Part shown: positions 9,150 to 19,252 of the stretch, piece after piece
How the letters are laid out: the number at the start of each line of letters is the position of its first letter
How positions within the stretch are numbered: position 1 is the first letter of the stretch
Assembly: GCA_029261065.1 (NCBI GenBank)
Contig: JAJDCB010000030.1
Location: forward strand, 260,876-324,875
Source of the DNA: Candidatus Omnitrophota bacterium
Lineage (GTDB): Bacteria > Omnitrophota > Gorgyraeia > Zapsychrales > Zapsychraceae
Direction: 5' to 3'
DNA length: 64,000 nucleotides
Notes under the pieces: generated by a model
Told to the model about the DNA's origin: nothing
Databases searched by the model: none
The model's input: the letters and a program-made list of their open reading frames with translations, nothing else
Made by a program: the position numbers and the translations under genes

Positions 9150-11123
9150 ATGAGTAAAACTCTTAAAATGATAAAGAAAGCCGGTCGTGTGGACCCATTA
9201 AAGGGAAAGGGGTCTGTTATTAACGAGTGTAGCTTGTTTTCAAAACAAGATATTTATCTTTTTAAAGAGGGAAAGCATTTTCGCCTTTATAATTTATTAG
9301 GATCTCATGCTACAGAGTATCAAGGAGTTACAGGAGTCTACTTTGCGCTTTGGGCTCCAAATGCCAAAAGTGTTTCTGTTATTGGCGATTTTAATGGTTG
9401 GAACAATACAACACACCCTTTATCAGCCCGTTGGGACTCCTCCGGTATTTGGGAGGGTTTCATTCCTCATATCAAAGATGGTGAAGTTTATAAATATCAT
9501 CTCATCTCGAAAAATAATAACTATTCCGTAGATAAAAAAGATCCTTTTGCATTTTATGATGAAATTGCACCTCGAACCGCATCACAAATTTGGACTGATA
9601 CGTATACATGGTCTGATAAAGAATGGATGAAGGAGCGTGGCGTTCATAATTCATTGGATGCTCCTATGGCAACATATGAAATGCATCTTGGTTCATGGCG
9701 AAGAAATGCGCAACGTGGTGATGATTATTTGTCTTATAAAGAGCTAGCTGTTGATTTGGTTAAATATATTAAAGAGATGGGATATACTCATCTTGAGTTT
9801 TTGCCGGTTATGGAACACCCCTTTTATGGCTCCTGGGGATACCAGACTGTAGGTTATTTTGCTCCCACAAGTCGTTATGGCCCTCCAGAAGATTTTAAGT
9901 ATCTTGTAGATCAATGTCATCAAAATGAAATTAGTGTTATTCTTGATTGGGTTCCTTCGCATTTTCCATCAGATCAACACGGGCTTTCTTATTTTGACGG
10001 CACTCATTTATATGAGCACGCCGATCATCGTAAAGGATTTCATCCGGATTGGAAAAGTCAAATTTTTAATTATGGTCGTGCTGAGGTTCGAGAATTTCTA
10101 ATCTCGAATGCTTTGTTTTGGTTGGATAAATATCATGTCGATGGACTTCGTGTCGATGCGGTGGCTTCGATGTTGTATTTAGATTATTCTCGTAAATATG
10201 GAGAATGGTTGCCTAATGAGACAGGTGGTAATGAAAATGTAGAAGCGATAGAGTTTTTAAAGGAGTTAAATGCGAATGTGTATAAAAACTTTCCTGATGT
10301 TCAAATGATAGCTGAGGAGTCAACCGCGTGGAGTGGTGTCTCGCGACCTGTAGATCATGGAGGTCTTGGATTTGGCATGAAGTGGAATATGGGTTGGATG
10401 CATGATAATTTAAAATATTTTGCTAAAGATCCAATTCACCGCAAATATCATCATCATGAATTAACGTTTAGTTATCTCTATACCTTTACAGAGAATTTTG
10501 TTAATGCTTTGTCTCACGACGAGGTTGTTCACGAGAAAGGTTCATTGCTTTCAAAGATGCCAGGAGATGATTGGCAGAAATTTGCCAACCTTAGGCTTTT
10601 ATACGCTTATATGTATGCTCATCCAGGAAAAAAACTTTTGTTTATGGGCTGTGAGTTTGCCCAATGGGATGAATGGGATCATGAAAAGAGTTTAGATTGG
10701 CATTTACTTGAGCATGCCCCTCATCAAGGTGTTCAGCAGTTAGTTAAAGATTTAAATGCGTTATATAAAACCAATCCTGCGTTATATCAATATGATTTTT
10801 CATCAGAAGGTTTTCAGTGGATTGATGGTGATAATAGTGATCAAGGAGTTATTTGTTTTGTGCGAAAGGGTAAGGATGCTAAGAAATCTATTGTTGTTGT
10901 TTGTAATTTGACGCCGGAAACTTATCACGATTATCGTATTGGAGTGCCGCATGCCGGTCAATGGAAAGAGTTGTTAAATAGTGATGCTAAGGAATATGGA
11001 GGGAGTGGCCAAGGAAACTTAGGGGTAAAAAAATCTGATCAAATTGCTTGGCATGGACAAATAAATTCGGTATCATTATCTATTCCGCCGTTAGGAATAT
11101 TATTTTTAAGTGCAAAGAATTAA
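9150..11123 (+). CDS. glgB: 1,4-alpha-glucan branching enzyme (GH13)
   Basis: WAPNAKSVSVIGDFNGW, YEMHLGSW, EHPFYGSWGYQ, DWVPSHFP, DGLRVDAVASMLY, AEEST, KWNMGWMHD, LSHDEVVH. Confidence 0.97.
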   Translation: MSKTLKMIKKAGRVDPLKGKGSVINECSLFSKQDIYLFKEGKHFRLYNLLGSHATEYQGVTGVYFALWAPNAKSVSVIGDFNGWNNTTHPLSARWDSSGIWEGFIPHIKDGEVYKYHLISKNNNYSVDKKDPFAFYDEIAPRTASQIWTDTYTWSDKEWMKERGVHNSLDAPMATYEMHLGSWRRNAQRGDDYLSYKELAVDLVKYIKEMGYTHLEFLPVMEHPFYGSWGYQTVGYFAPTSRYGPPEDFKYLVDQCHQNEISVILDWVPSHFPSDQHGLSYFDGTHLYEHADHRKGFHPDWKSQIFNYGRAEVREFLISNALFWLDKYHVDGLRVDAVASMLYLDYSRKYGEWLPNETGGNENVEAIEFLKELNANVYKNFPDVQMIAEESTAWSGVSRPVDHGGLGFGMKWNMGWMHDNLKYFAKDPIHRKYHHHELTFSYLYTFTENFVNALSHDEVVHEKGSLLSKMPGDDWQKFANLRLLYAYMYAHPGKKLLFMGCEFAQWDEWDHEKSLDWHLLEHAPHQGVQQLVKDLNALYKTNPALYQYDFSSEGFQWIDGDNSDQGVICFVRKGKDAKKSIVVVCNLTPETYHDYRIGVPHAGQWKELLNSDAKEYGGSGQGNLGVKKSDQIAWHGQINSVSLSIPPLGILFLSAKN

Positions 11124-11175
11124 ATTTAGATACATATAAATAATTTGTTTCTTTATTTTCTACAAGGAGGATGAC

Positions 11176-11508
11176 ATGAAAGATAAAGTCATTGAAGCAG
11201 CTGGGAAAACGTGGCAGTTTCTAGGCACCAACGGTGAAACTGATGTTAAGTCATTAAGTAAGGGTGTTAAAGAAAAAGAAGAAGTTGTTTACCAGGCGCT
11301 TGGTTGGTTAGCGAGAGAAGATAAGGTTGATTACTCGACGAAGGGAAGTAAGATATTTGTTTCTCTTATTCAGTCAGAGCTTGATACGTTTCGTCAAACA
11401 TTTGGTGAGACACAGAAGAAAGAAACAAAAAAAGAAACATCGCCCGTTGTTCGTCAAAAAGCTAAACAGCCAAGAGTAAAAAGAAGAGCTGCCAAAACAC
11501 GGATGTAA
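11176..11508 (+). CDS. DUF2582-like winged-helix protein with basic C-terminal tail
   Basis: AAGKTWQFL...ALGWLAREDKV signature, GGAGG RBS. Confidence 0.8.
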   Translation: MKDKVIEAAGKTWQFLGTNGETDVKSLSKGVKEKEEVVYQALGWLAREDKVDYSTKGSKIFVSLIQSELDTFRQTFGETQKKETKKETSPVVRQKAKQPRVKRRAAKTRM

Positions 11509-11541
11509 GAGATTAAATTAAAACAATGATTTCGAGACTTA

Positions 11542-13446
11542 ATGGCCAATCAATTTATTTGTATTCACGGACATTTTTACCAACCTCCCAGGGAAAATCC
11601 TTGGTTAGGTGTTATTGAACCCCAAGCATCTGCTTATCCCTACCACAATTGGAATCAACGCATTACAGATGAGTGTTATGCTCGTAATGCTGCCTCTAGA
11701 ATTCTAGATGCCGATCAGCGTATTAAACACATAGTTAATAATTATTCTCAAATAAGTTTTAATTTTGGTCCTACCCTTTTATCTTGGTTAGAGAAATTTT
11801 CAAATCATACCTATCAATCCATTCTTGATGCTGATCGATTAAGTCAAAAAAGATTTTCTTCTCACGGCTCTGCTTTGGCTCAAGTTTATAATCACATGAT
11901 TATGCCCTTAGCTAATAAAAAAGATAAGATGACTCAAGTTGTTTGGGGATTGCGTGATTTTGAACATCGCTTTAAACGAAAAGCAGAAGGGATGTGGCTT
12001 GCTGAATTAGCTGTTGATGAAGAAACGCTTGAGTGTTTGGCTTGCGAAGGTATTTGTTTTACCATTCTTTCACCGCGTTCTGCTAAAAGTATAAAAATGA
12101 TCGACCAAGATACTGCCTGGAAATCTGTCGATGAAGAATCGTTGGATATTACGATGCCTTATTTATGTCGTCTTTCATCGGGTAGGGAGATAGTTATATT
12201 CTTTTATGACGGTAAAAGATCATTAGAAGTTGCCTTTAAAGGATTGCTGAATAATGGCGAGTATTTTTCGGAGCGTTTATTGGACGGGTTTGACAGTACT
12301 TATAAAAAGCCTCAACTTATCCATATTGCAACGGATGGTGAATCATATGGACATCATCACAAATTTGGTGATATGGCTTTGGCGTATTGTTTATATCATA
12401 TCGAGAAAGAAAGTTTAGCTAGAATTGTAAATTATGGTCAATTTTTGGAGTTATGTCCTCCAAGCTATGAAGTCAAAATTGTGAATAACACTTCTTGGAG
12501 TTGTGAGCATGGGGTAGGGCGATGGGAACGCGATTGTGGATGTCATACGGGGGCTCAAGTGGGGTGGGATCAAAAGTGGAGAAAACCGTTACGAGAATCT
12601 CTTAATTGGTTGCGTGATCAATTAGGGGGTATTTATGAAAAAGAGATGTCCGTTTATGTGTCTGATGTTTGGAAAGCGCGCGACGAATATATTGAAGTTA
12701 TTTTAGATGCAACGGATAAACGTAAGAAAAAGTTTTTAAAGGCTATTAATGATAAACAAAAAATAAAGAATGATGAAAAAAAGATATGGTCGTTACTTGA
12801 AATACAATTAAATGCGCAATTGATGTTTACCAGTTGTGGCTGGTTTTTTGACGATTTAGCAGGGCTTGAGGCGACTCAGGTATTAAAATACGCAGCCCGT
12901 GCTATTGAGTTAGCACTTGATGTTAGTCGTGTTGATTTAGAACTTGCCTTTGTAAATCGATTAAAAAAAGCTAAGTGTAACGAAGCTGACATTGAAAGCG
13001 CTGCCCAAGTTTACGTAGAAGAAATACTACATCAAAATTTATGCTACTTATTAGGTCAAAAAGATCTAAATTTTTTACGTATTAGAAACATATTAGAGAT
13101 TATGAGCGGTTGGAATGTAGATCGTGATAAAGAGAACTTGCAATTTATCGCATCCCATAGAATTAGTGACATGGTAAATAACTTTTTCAAAAAAGATGAT
13201 TCTTTAGATCGCTTGTTAGCGATCGAATCTATGATTGAACAGTTAAATACCATAGACATCCAACTTGATTTATGGGAAACGCAAAATCTTTTTTTTAGAA
13301 TGGGCAAAGAACGTTATGATCAAAAAACAAAATCTCACCGAGGAACCGCTGAAAGTGAAAAATGGATTAAAGCCTATCAGCGGCTTGCCAAGTTGCTTTC
13401 CATTAAGATAAGTGGTGAACATAAAGTCGAACTCATAAAGGGATAA
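11542..13446 (+). CDS. Glycoside hydrolase family 57 / DUF3536 protein
   Basis: CIHGHFYQPPRENPW, SFNFGPTLLSW, GMWLAE, ATDGESYGHHH, SWSCEHGVGRW, MFTSCGWFFDD. Confidence 0.9.
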   Translation: MANQFICIHGHFYQPPRENPWLGVIEPQASAYPYHNWNQRITDECYARNAASRILDADQRIKHIVNNYSQISFNFGPTLLSWLEKFSNHTYQSILDADRLSQKRFSSHGSALAQVYNHMIMPLANKKDKMTQVVWGLRDFEHRFKRKAEGMWLAELAVDEETLECLACEGICFTILSPRSAKSIKMIDQDTAWKSVDEESLDITMPYLCRLSSGREIVIFFYDGKRSLEVAFKGLLNNGEYFSERLLDGFDSTYKKPQLIHIATDGESYGHHHKFGDMALAYCLYHIEKESLARIVNYGQFLELCPPSYEVKIVNNTSWSCEHGVGRWERDCGCHTGAQVGWDQKWRKPLRESLNWLRDQLGGIYEKEMSVYVSDVWKARDEYIEVILDATDKRKKKFLKAINDKQKIKNDEKKIWSLLEIQLNAQLMFTSCGWFFDDLAGLEATQVLKYAARAIELALDVSRVDLELAFVNRLKKAKCNEADIESAAQVYVEEILHQNLCYLLGQKDLNFLRIRNILEIMSGWNVDRDKENLQFIASHRISDMVNNFFKKDDSLDRLLAIESMIEQLNTIDIQLDLWETQNLFFRMGKERYDQKTKSHRGTAESEKWIKAYQRLAKLLSIKISGEHKVELIKG

Positions 13447-13447
13447 G

Positions 13448-15235
13448 ATGGAAGATCATATGTTAACAGGTTTAGCCAGTATAATATTGCTGGGTATTGG
13501 AGCGCAGTGGTTGGCGTGGCGTTTGCGTTTTCCATCCATTTTATTTTTACTTATTTTTGGGTTTTTAACAGGTCCAATTCTTGGATTCTTAAACCCCGAT
13601 GTCCTCTTTGGTGAACTTCTTCATCCTTTAGTTTCTATTTCTGTTGCCATCATTCTTTTTGAAGGTGGTCTCACCTTAAAATTGTCTGAACTTCATGATA
13701 TCGGGCATGTCATAAGAAATCTTATTACCGTGGGCGCATTAGTCACATGGGGTATTGCGGCTGTGAGTGCTCATTTTATTTTAAATCTCAATTGGGAAAT
13801 CGCAATTCTTTTGGGCGCGATTGTTATTGTAACGGGCCCAACTGTTGTGGGCCCTTTGTTACAACATGTGAGGCCTGTTGCGCGTGTGGCGAACGTTTTA
13901 AAGTGGGAAGGGATTACCATTGACCCGGTTGGTGCGTTATTAGCTGTTTTGGTATTTGAAGGTATATTACTTGAGAAGCTGCATCTCGCGGGTGGACATA
14001 TTTTTCTTGGGATTTTTAAAACAATTGTGATTGGAAGTTTAACGGGAGTCATTTTTTCATGGTTTCTTGTCTTTTTATTAAAGCGCTATTTAATCCCTGA
14101 TTTTTTGCATGAAGCCGTAACGCTTATGTTTGTCATTGGATCTTTTGTGTTATCCAATCATTTTCAATCAGAATCAGGATTGTTAACAGTCACGTTGATG
14201 GGGATTTTCTTAGCTAATCAAAAGAAAGTTACCGTAGATCATATTGTTCATTTTAAAGAAAATTTACGTGTGCTTATTATTTCTAGTTTGTTTATTGTTT
14301 TAGCGGCACAGCTAAAACCCTCAGATTTGAGTATTATTAATTTGCAGAGTTTTGTTTTCCTTTTTATTCTCATTTTTGTTGCAAGACCTTTGTCTGTATT
14401 TATATCAACTTATGGTTCCGAATTAACGTGGCAGGAAAGAGTTTTTATGTGTTGGATGGCTCCTCGAGGGATTGTAGCTGCCGCCATATCATCTTTGTTT
14501 GGTTATCGTCTGATGATGAATGGCCAGCCTCAGACAGAATATTTGGTTCCGATGACATTTATGGTTATTGTGGGGACAGTGACTATTTACGGATTAACTG
14601 CCGTTCCTGTGGCGCGTTGGTTAAAAGTAGCTCGTTTGGATGATCAAGGTGTTTTATTTATTGGGGCACATCGTTGGGCTAGAAAAATAGCCAAGGCGTT
14701 ACAAACAGAAGGGTTCGATGTTCTTATTGTTGATACGAATCGTAATAATATTATTGCCTCACATAAAGAGGGGTTAAATACTTATTATGGAAGTATATTG
14801 GAGGAGCGCGTTTTGGAGGGGATGGAGTTAGATGGAATAGGAAGTGTTTTGGCAATGACGTCAAATAATGAAGTCAATTCTTTGGCTGTGATTAAATTTT
14901 TAAGACAATTTGGTCGAGCTAATGTTTATCAACTTCCTTCAGAGGTGACCGACAAAGAAAAGAGTAAAGAAATGACGGACCAACATCAAGGTCGCCATTT
15001 TTTTAATGAATCGAGTACTTATGTCCAATTAACGGAAAGTTTTGCTAAGGGAGCGGTTGTTGAGAAAATTTTATTAACGGAAGAGTTTGATTTTAAAGCC
15101 TTTCAAACATCTAGCGAAGGTAAATCAACACCTTTGTTTGTAATTAAAGATAAAAAGAATTTAAGCGTCTTTACAGTCGAACAACCCCTTTCTCCTCAAG
15201 CCGGGGATGAGCTTATTTGTTTAGTAAGTCAATAA
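13448..15235 (+). CDS. CPA1 (NhaP-like) cation:proton antiporter with C-terminal TrkA-N/RCK-like domain
   Basis: About 12 TM helices, IILFEGGL, VTGPTVV, WEGITIDP, APRGIVAAA, cytoplasmic tail with IGAHRW...VDTN. Confidence 0.88.
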   Translation: MEDHMLTGLASIILLGIGAQWLAWRLRFPSILFLLIFGFLTGPILGFLNPDVLFGELLHPLVSISVAIILFEGGLTLKLSELHDIGHVIRNLITVGALVTWGIAAVSAHFILNLNWEIAILLGAIVIVTGPTVVGPLLQHVRPVARVANVLKWEGITIDPVGALLAVLVFEGILLEKLHLAGGHIFLGIFKTIVIGSLTGVIFSWFLVFLLKRYLIPDFLHEAVTLMFVIGSFVLSNHFQSESGLLTVTLMGIFLANQKKVTVDHIVHFKENLRVLIISSLFIVLAAQLKPSDLSIINLQSFVFLFILIFVARPLSVFISTYGSELTWQERVFMCWMAPRGIVAAAISSLFGYRLMMNGQPQTEYLVPMTFMVIVGTVTIYGLTAVPVARWLKVARLDDQGVLFIGAHRWARKIAKALQTEGFDVLIVDTNRNNIIASHKEGLNTYYGSILEERVLEGMELDGIGSVLAMTSNNEVNSLAVIKFLRQFGRANVYQLPSEVTDKEKSKEMTDQHQGRHFFNESSTYVQLTESFAKGAVVEKILLTEEFDFKAFQTSSEGKSTPLFVIKDKKNLSVFTVEQPLSPQAGDELICLVSQ

Positions 15236-15274
15236 ATAGCCCATGGTTAACTACTTTTGTGTTAGGATAAATTC

Positions 15275-16564
15275 ATGAAATTTTATACAGATCTTCATCT
15301 GCATTCTTTTTATTCCCGCGCCACAAGTAAAAATTTAAACCTCGAGCATTTGCATCTTTGGGCACAAATTAAAGGGATCGATGTTGTTGGGACAGCTGAT
15401 TTTGTTCATCCTGGTTGGATGAAAGAGTTGGAGCAGAAGCTTGAGCCAGCTGAAGAAGGTTTTTTTAAGTTAAAACCAAAATATGTTAAGACAACCCAAG
15501 ATCAAGTGCCTAAAGCATGTCGTGCCGATGTGCGTTTTACCTTAACCGTTGAGATATCAAATATTTACAAAAGATTAGATCGTGTGCGCAAAGTACACAA
15601 TCTTCTTTATGCCCCCCATTTTAAAGCAGCCAAAAAAATTCAATCTCGTCTTGATGCTATAGGTAATATTAAATCAGATGGACGTCCTATTTTGGGATTA
15701 GATTCCAGAGATTTGTTAGAGATTACATTAGAATCGGATCCATTAAGTTATCTTGTTCCTGCACACATTTGGACGCCTTGGTTTTCTGCGTTGGGTTCCA
15801 AGGGAGGATTTGATCGCATCGAAGATTGTTTTGGCGATCTAACCAAACATGTCTTTGCCGTTGAAACAGGATTATCTTCTGATCCGTTAATGAATTGGAG
15901 ATTAAAACAATTAGACCCTTATGTTCTTGTTTCAAATTCGGATGCGCATTCACCCGCTAAATTGGCGCGTGAGGCGACGATATTTGATACGGAATTCTCT
16001 TATAGGGGTATTTATAACGCATTATCTGATCCAAAGAATAAAGGATTAAAGGGGACTCTTGAGTTCTTTCCTGAAGAAGGGAAGTATCATTACGATGGTC
16101 ATCGTGATTGCAAAACAAGATTGCATCCGCAAGAAACAAAAAATCATCAAGGATTGTGCCCTGTTTGTGGCAAGCCCGTTACGGTTGGTGTTATGGCACG
16201 AGTTGAGGAGTTAGCGGATAGACCTGAGGGTCAAAAATCGAAACGATGGCGACCGTATTTTAATTTAATTCCATTGCCCGAGGTTATTGCATCAGCCCGT
16301 GGCGTTGTTGGCTCAAATGGAAAAGCTGTTCAAGCTGTATTTTTTCAATTGTTATCCGAATTAGGGAATGAGTTATATATTTTGCAAGATGCGCCAATCG
16401 CTGATATAGAACGTGTGGCAGGTGATATGGTGGCCCAAGGTGTTAAGCGTATGAGAGAGGGGAAAGTTGATATAAAAGCAGGTTTCGATGGGGAGTATGG
16501 AAAAATCAATTTGTTCACAGAACAAGAGCGTGTTAAGAAAGCTGGACAACTCGCGTTATATTAA
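15275..16564 (+). CDS. Endonuclease Q family PHP-domain protein with Zn ribbon
   Basis: DLHLHSFYSRATS, PAHIWTPW, ETGLSSD, SNSDAHS, GKYHYDGHRDC, CPVCGK, GFDGEYG. Confidence 0.88.
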   Translation: MKFYTDLHLHSFYSRATSKNLNLEHLHLWAQIKGIDVVGTADFVHPGWMKELEQKLEPAEEGFFKLKPKYVKTTQDQVPKACRADVRFTLTVEISNIYKRLDRVRKVHNLLYAPHFKAAKKIQSRLDAIGNIKSDGRPILGLDSRDLLEITLESDPLSYLVPAHIWTPWFSALGSKGGFDRIEDCFGDLTKHVFAVETGLSSDPLMNWRLKQLDPYVLVSNSDAHSPAKLAREATIFDTEFSYRGIYNALSDPKNKGLKGTLEFFPEEGKYHYDGHRDCKTRLHPQETKNHQGLCPVCGKPVTVGVMARVEELADRPEGQKSKRWRPYFNLIPLPEVIASARGVVGSNGKAVQAVFFQLLSELGNELYILQDAPIADIERVAGDMVAQGVKRMREGKVDIKAGFDGEYGKINLFTEQERVKKAGQLALY

Positions 16565-16573
16565 AAGATAAAG

Positions 16574-18100
16574 ATGACTAGACCATCCTTTGATGTTAAT
16601 CCATCTCAACAACAAGCGATTAATCATAAGGCAAGTCATTTATTGATTGTGGCCGGTCCCGGCACAGGGAAAACGCACACCCTGGTTTTACGGATTATTT
16701 CAACTATTCCGCAGTTACAATCCAACCAAAAAATTTTAGCGATCACCTTTACAAATAAAGCCGCTCAAGAAATGCGTGAAAGGCTAATTAGTCATAATCC
16801 TTCCTTTATGGATAAGGTTACGATTGAAACTTTTCATAGTTTTTGTTTAAAATTCTTAAGACAACAAAAGATAGAGGATGAAGATTTCGAAATTATTTCA
16901 CCAGAAGAAATTTTAACTATCTCTGAGTCTATTTGGCCTAAAAAAACAATATCACAGAGAAATAAACTGTTACAAAAAGTTTCTCTTTGGAAGGCAAGTG
17001 ATTTTTCACAATCTCCTCCCGAGTACGTTCAACGGTATAATTCTTTATTGATCAAAAGAAAATGCATAGATTTTGATGATATCTTGTTAAGATTTTGGGC
17101 GCTACTATCAAAGCATAATGATGTGAAAGAACGGTTTCACGATCTCTACCGTTATATTTTTGTTGATGAATATCAAGATATTAATAAAATTCAGCATGCC
17201 GTTCTGAAATTGATGGTTGGAGAGGGTTGCTTATTAACAGCTATTGGTGATCCCCGTCAGGCGATATATGGTTTTCGTGGTTCGAATGCGAATTTGTTTG
17301 ATGCATTTCAAAATGATTTTCTTCCCACTAAAGTTATGTCATTGGACAAAAATTATAGGTCATCTTCGAATTTATTAAAGGCATCCTCTCAGGTTATAGC
17401 AAAGATGGCGGATGATAGTGATCCGCCTCTTGTTGCTCATATTCAAAAACAAGGACATCTTAGCGTTTATGAAGCATTAACCGAGAGTTCAGAAGCTGAA
17501 TACGTTGTTCATTCGATTGAAAAAATAGTAGGTGGAACAAGTATGTTTTCACAAGATTCTAAACGTGTTACGACACACGAAGATGGAGAGTTTGCTTTTG
17601 GCGATATTGCTGTGTTATATCGGTTAAATAGCCAAAGACATGCTCTAAAAAAAGCATTTGAGAGAAGTGGCATGCCATACCAAATTTATGGAAAGCAATC
17701 GAGTGAAGGGTATTATGACGAAATTTATCAAATGCGTCCAGAGCAGGTGGGCGGATTGGCGGGCGATAAAGTGTCTTTGATGACATTACACGCGGCAAAA
17801 GGTTTAGAGTTTTCAGTTGTTTTTATTGTGGGATGTGAAAACAATTTAATTCCTTTGCATATTGAAAACTTTGAATCCAATGTTGAAGAAGAGCGTCGTT
17901 TATTTTATGTAGGCATGACGCGAGCCAAACAGAGTCTTATCCTTACAAAGGCTAAAAACCGTTTTGTTTTTGGGAAAAAAGTAAGCAACGTAATCACCCC
18001 TTTCATTCATGATATAGAGGAACAATTGGAAAGGTATCAACAAAAGTCTTCGGCTCCTCAAAAGAAGAAAGAAGAGATTCAATTAACGCTTTTCGGTTAA
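16574..18100 (+). CDS. Compact UvrD/Rep-family SF1 helicase
   Basis: AGPGTGKT, AITFTNKAA, VDEYQD, IGDPRQAIYGFRG, NYRS, MTLHAAKGLEF, EERRLFYVGMTRAK. Confidence 0.92.
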   Translation: MTRPSFDVNPSQQQAINHKASHLLIVAGPGTGKTHTLVLRIISTIPQLQSNQKILAITFTNKAAQEMRERLISHNPSFMDKVTIETFHSFCLKFLRQQKIEDEDFEIISPEEILTISESIWPKKTISQRNKLLQKVSLWKASDFSQSPPEYVQRYNSLLIKRKCIDFDDILLRFWALLSKHNDVKERFHDLYRYIFVDEYQDINKIQHAVLKLMVGEGCLLTAIGDPRQAIYGFRGSNANLFDAFQNDFLPTKVMSLDKNYRSSSNLLKASSQVIAKMADDSDPPLVAHIQKQGHLSVYEALTESSEAEYVVHSIEKIVGGTSMFSQDSKRVTTHEDGEFAFGDIAVLYRLNSQRHALKKAFERSGMPYQIYGKQSSEGYYDEIYQMRPEQVGGLAGDKVSLMTLHAAKGLEFSVVFIVGCENNLIPLHIENFESNVEEERRLFYVGMTRAKQSLILTKAKNRFVFGKKVSNVITPFIHDIEEQLERYQQKSSAPQKKKEEIQLTLFG

Positions 18101-18111
18101 ATATTATTACT

Positions 18112-19173
18112 ATGAAAAATAATAAGTCGGGTTTTATATTGTTAGCCGTATTATGGGCTCTTGTGATATTGACGATGTTAGCTCTAAGTCTAGGACGTAG
18201 CACAAATATTGATTTGGCTTTGACCAAACATGCCATAGGAAAATCTAAAGCTAAATATTTAGCTTGGGCCGGTATTGCTTTCGCTGTTGAACAAATTCGT
18301 TTTGATTCACAAGATGATGATACAAAAAATCAAGATACGTTATATCAATGTGCCGTAACACTAGATGAAGATACAACGCTTGAGGATAGATTTAAAAATC
18401 ATTCATTGGAAAGTGGATATTTTGATATCGTGTATCCCTATGAGGAAAATGGGATTAGCTATCATGCTTATGGTATGCAGGATGAAGAAAGGAAAATTAA
18501 TATCAATACGTTAACACCTCAAAATGTAAAAGTTTTTGTTAAATTGTTAGAAGTTATAAGTGTTGATGAAGAAATAGCTCAAACTATAGCTTACGCTGTA
18601 TTAGATTGGAAGGATGAAGATATCAATCTGTCCCATGAACTCTACGGTGCAGAAGATGACTATTATCAAAGCGCTGAGGGGTCGTATAAATCTAAGAATG
18701 CACCTTTTGACTCGATTGAAGAATTGACACTTGTTCGAGGAGTGGATGCTGATATATTTAAAAACTTGCGAAACTTTATTACAGTTTACCCTCAAACAGG
18801 AAATTTGAAAATTAATTTTAATACAGCCTCATCATCCGTTTTGCTTGGACTTGCAAAATCGGTAAGTGGACCTTTAACAAATACGGAAGACTCTGATGCT
18901 GATTCGTTAGTTGAAAAAATTATAGAATATCGTCGTGGGGAAGATGGTACACCATTTACGAGGGATGATCGTTTAGTTGAACTTAACAAACTTCCCCTAA
19001 ATGCAAAGGAACGGGTGCTTTCTTTAGCCATGAATCAATATAAAACAAATAAATCTGAATTTATTCGTGTTCGGGTTAAGGGTGTGGAACGTACAAGAGA
19101 AACCCAATCCGTATTAGAGGCTGTTATTCGAAGAAGTGATTTAACTATTGTGGAGTGGTTACGGGAAAATTAG
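18112..19173 (+). CDS. gspK: Type II secretion minor pseudopilin K-like protein
   Basis: Prepilin-like KSG/FILLAVLW N-terminus, DEERKININ, LDWKDED, GAEDDYY, KNAPFDSIEELTLVRG, KINFNTA. Confidence 0.85.
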   Translation: MKNNKSGFILLAVLWALVILTMLALSLGRSTNIDLALTKHAIGKSKAKYLAWAGIAFAVEQIRFDSQDDDTKNQDTLYQCAVTLDEDTTLEDRFKNHSLESGYFDIVYPYEENGISYHAYGMQDEERKININTLTPQNVKVFVKLLEVISVDEEIAQTIAYAVLDWKDEDINLSHELYGAEDDYYQSAEGSYKSKNAPFDSIEELTLVRGVDADIFKNLRNFITVYPQTGNLKINFNTASSSVLLGLAKSVSGPLTNTEDSDADSLVEKIIEYRRGEDGTPFTRDDRLVELNKLPLNAKERVLSLAMNQYKTNKSEFIRVRVKGVERTRETQSVLEAVIRRSDLTIVEWLREN

Positions 19174-19252
19174 AAAATACAATCATGAAATGAAGTTATA
19201 GATTAGAGTGTGTTTCTCTTATTGCAAGCTTATGGGGTGTGGAGTTGTAAAT

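Noticed and set aside
18112-19173. Complete type II secretion gene cluster
   Set aside because: Only a gspK-like gene is present.
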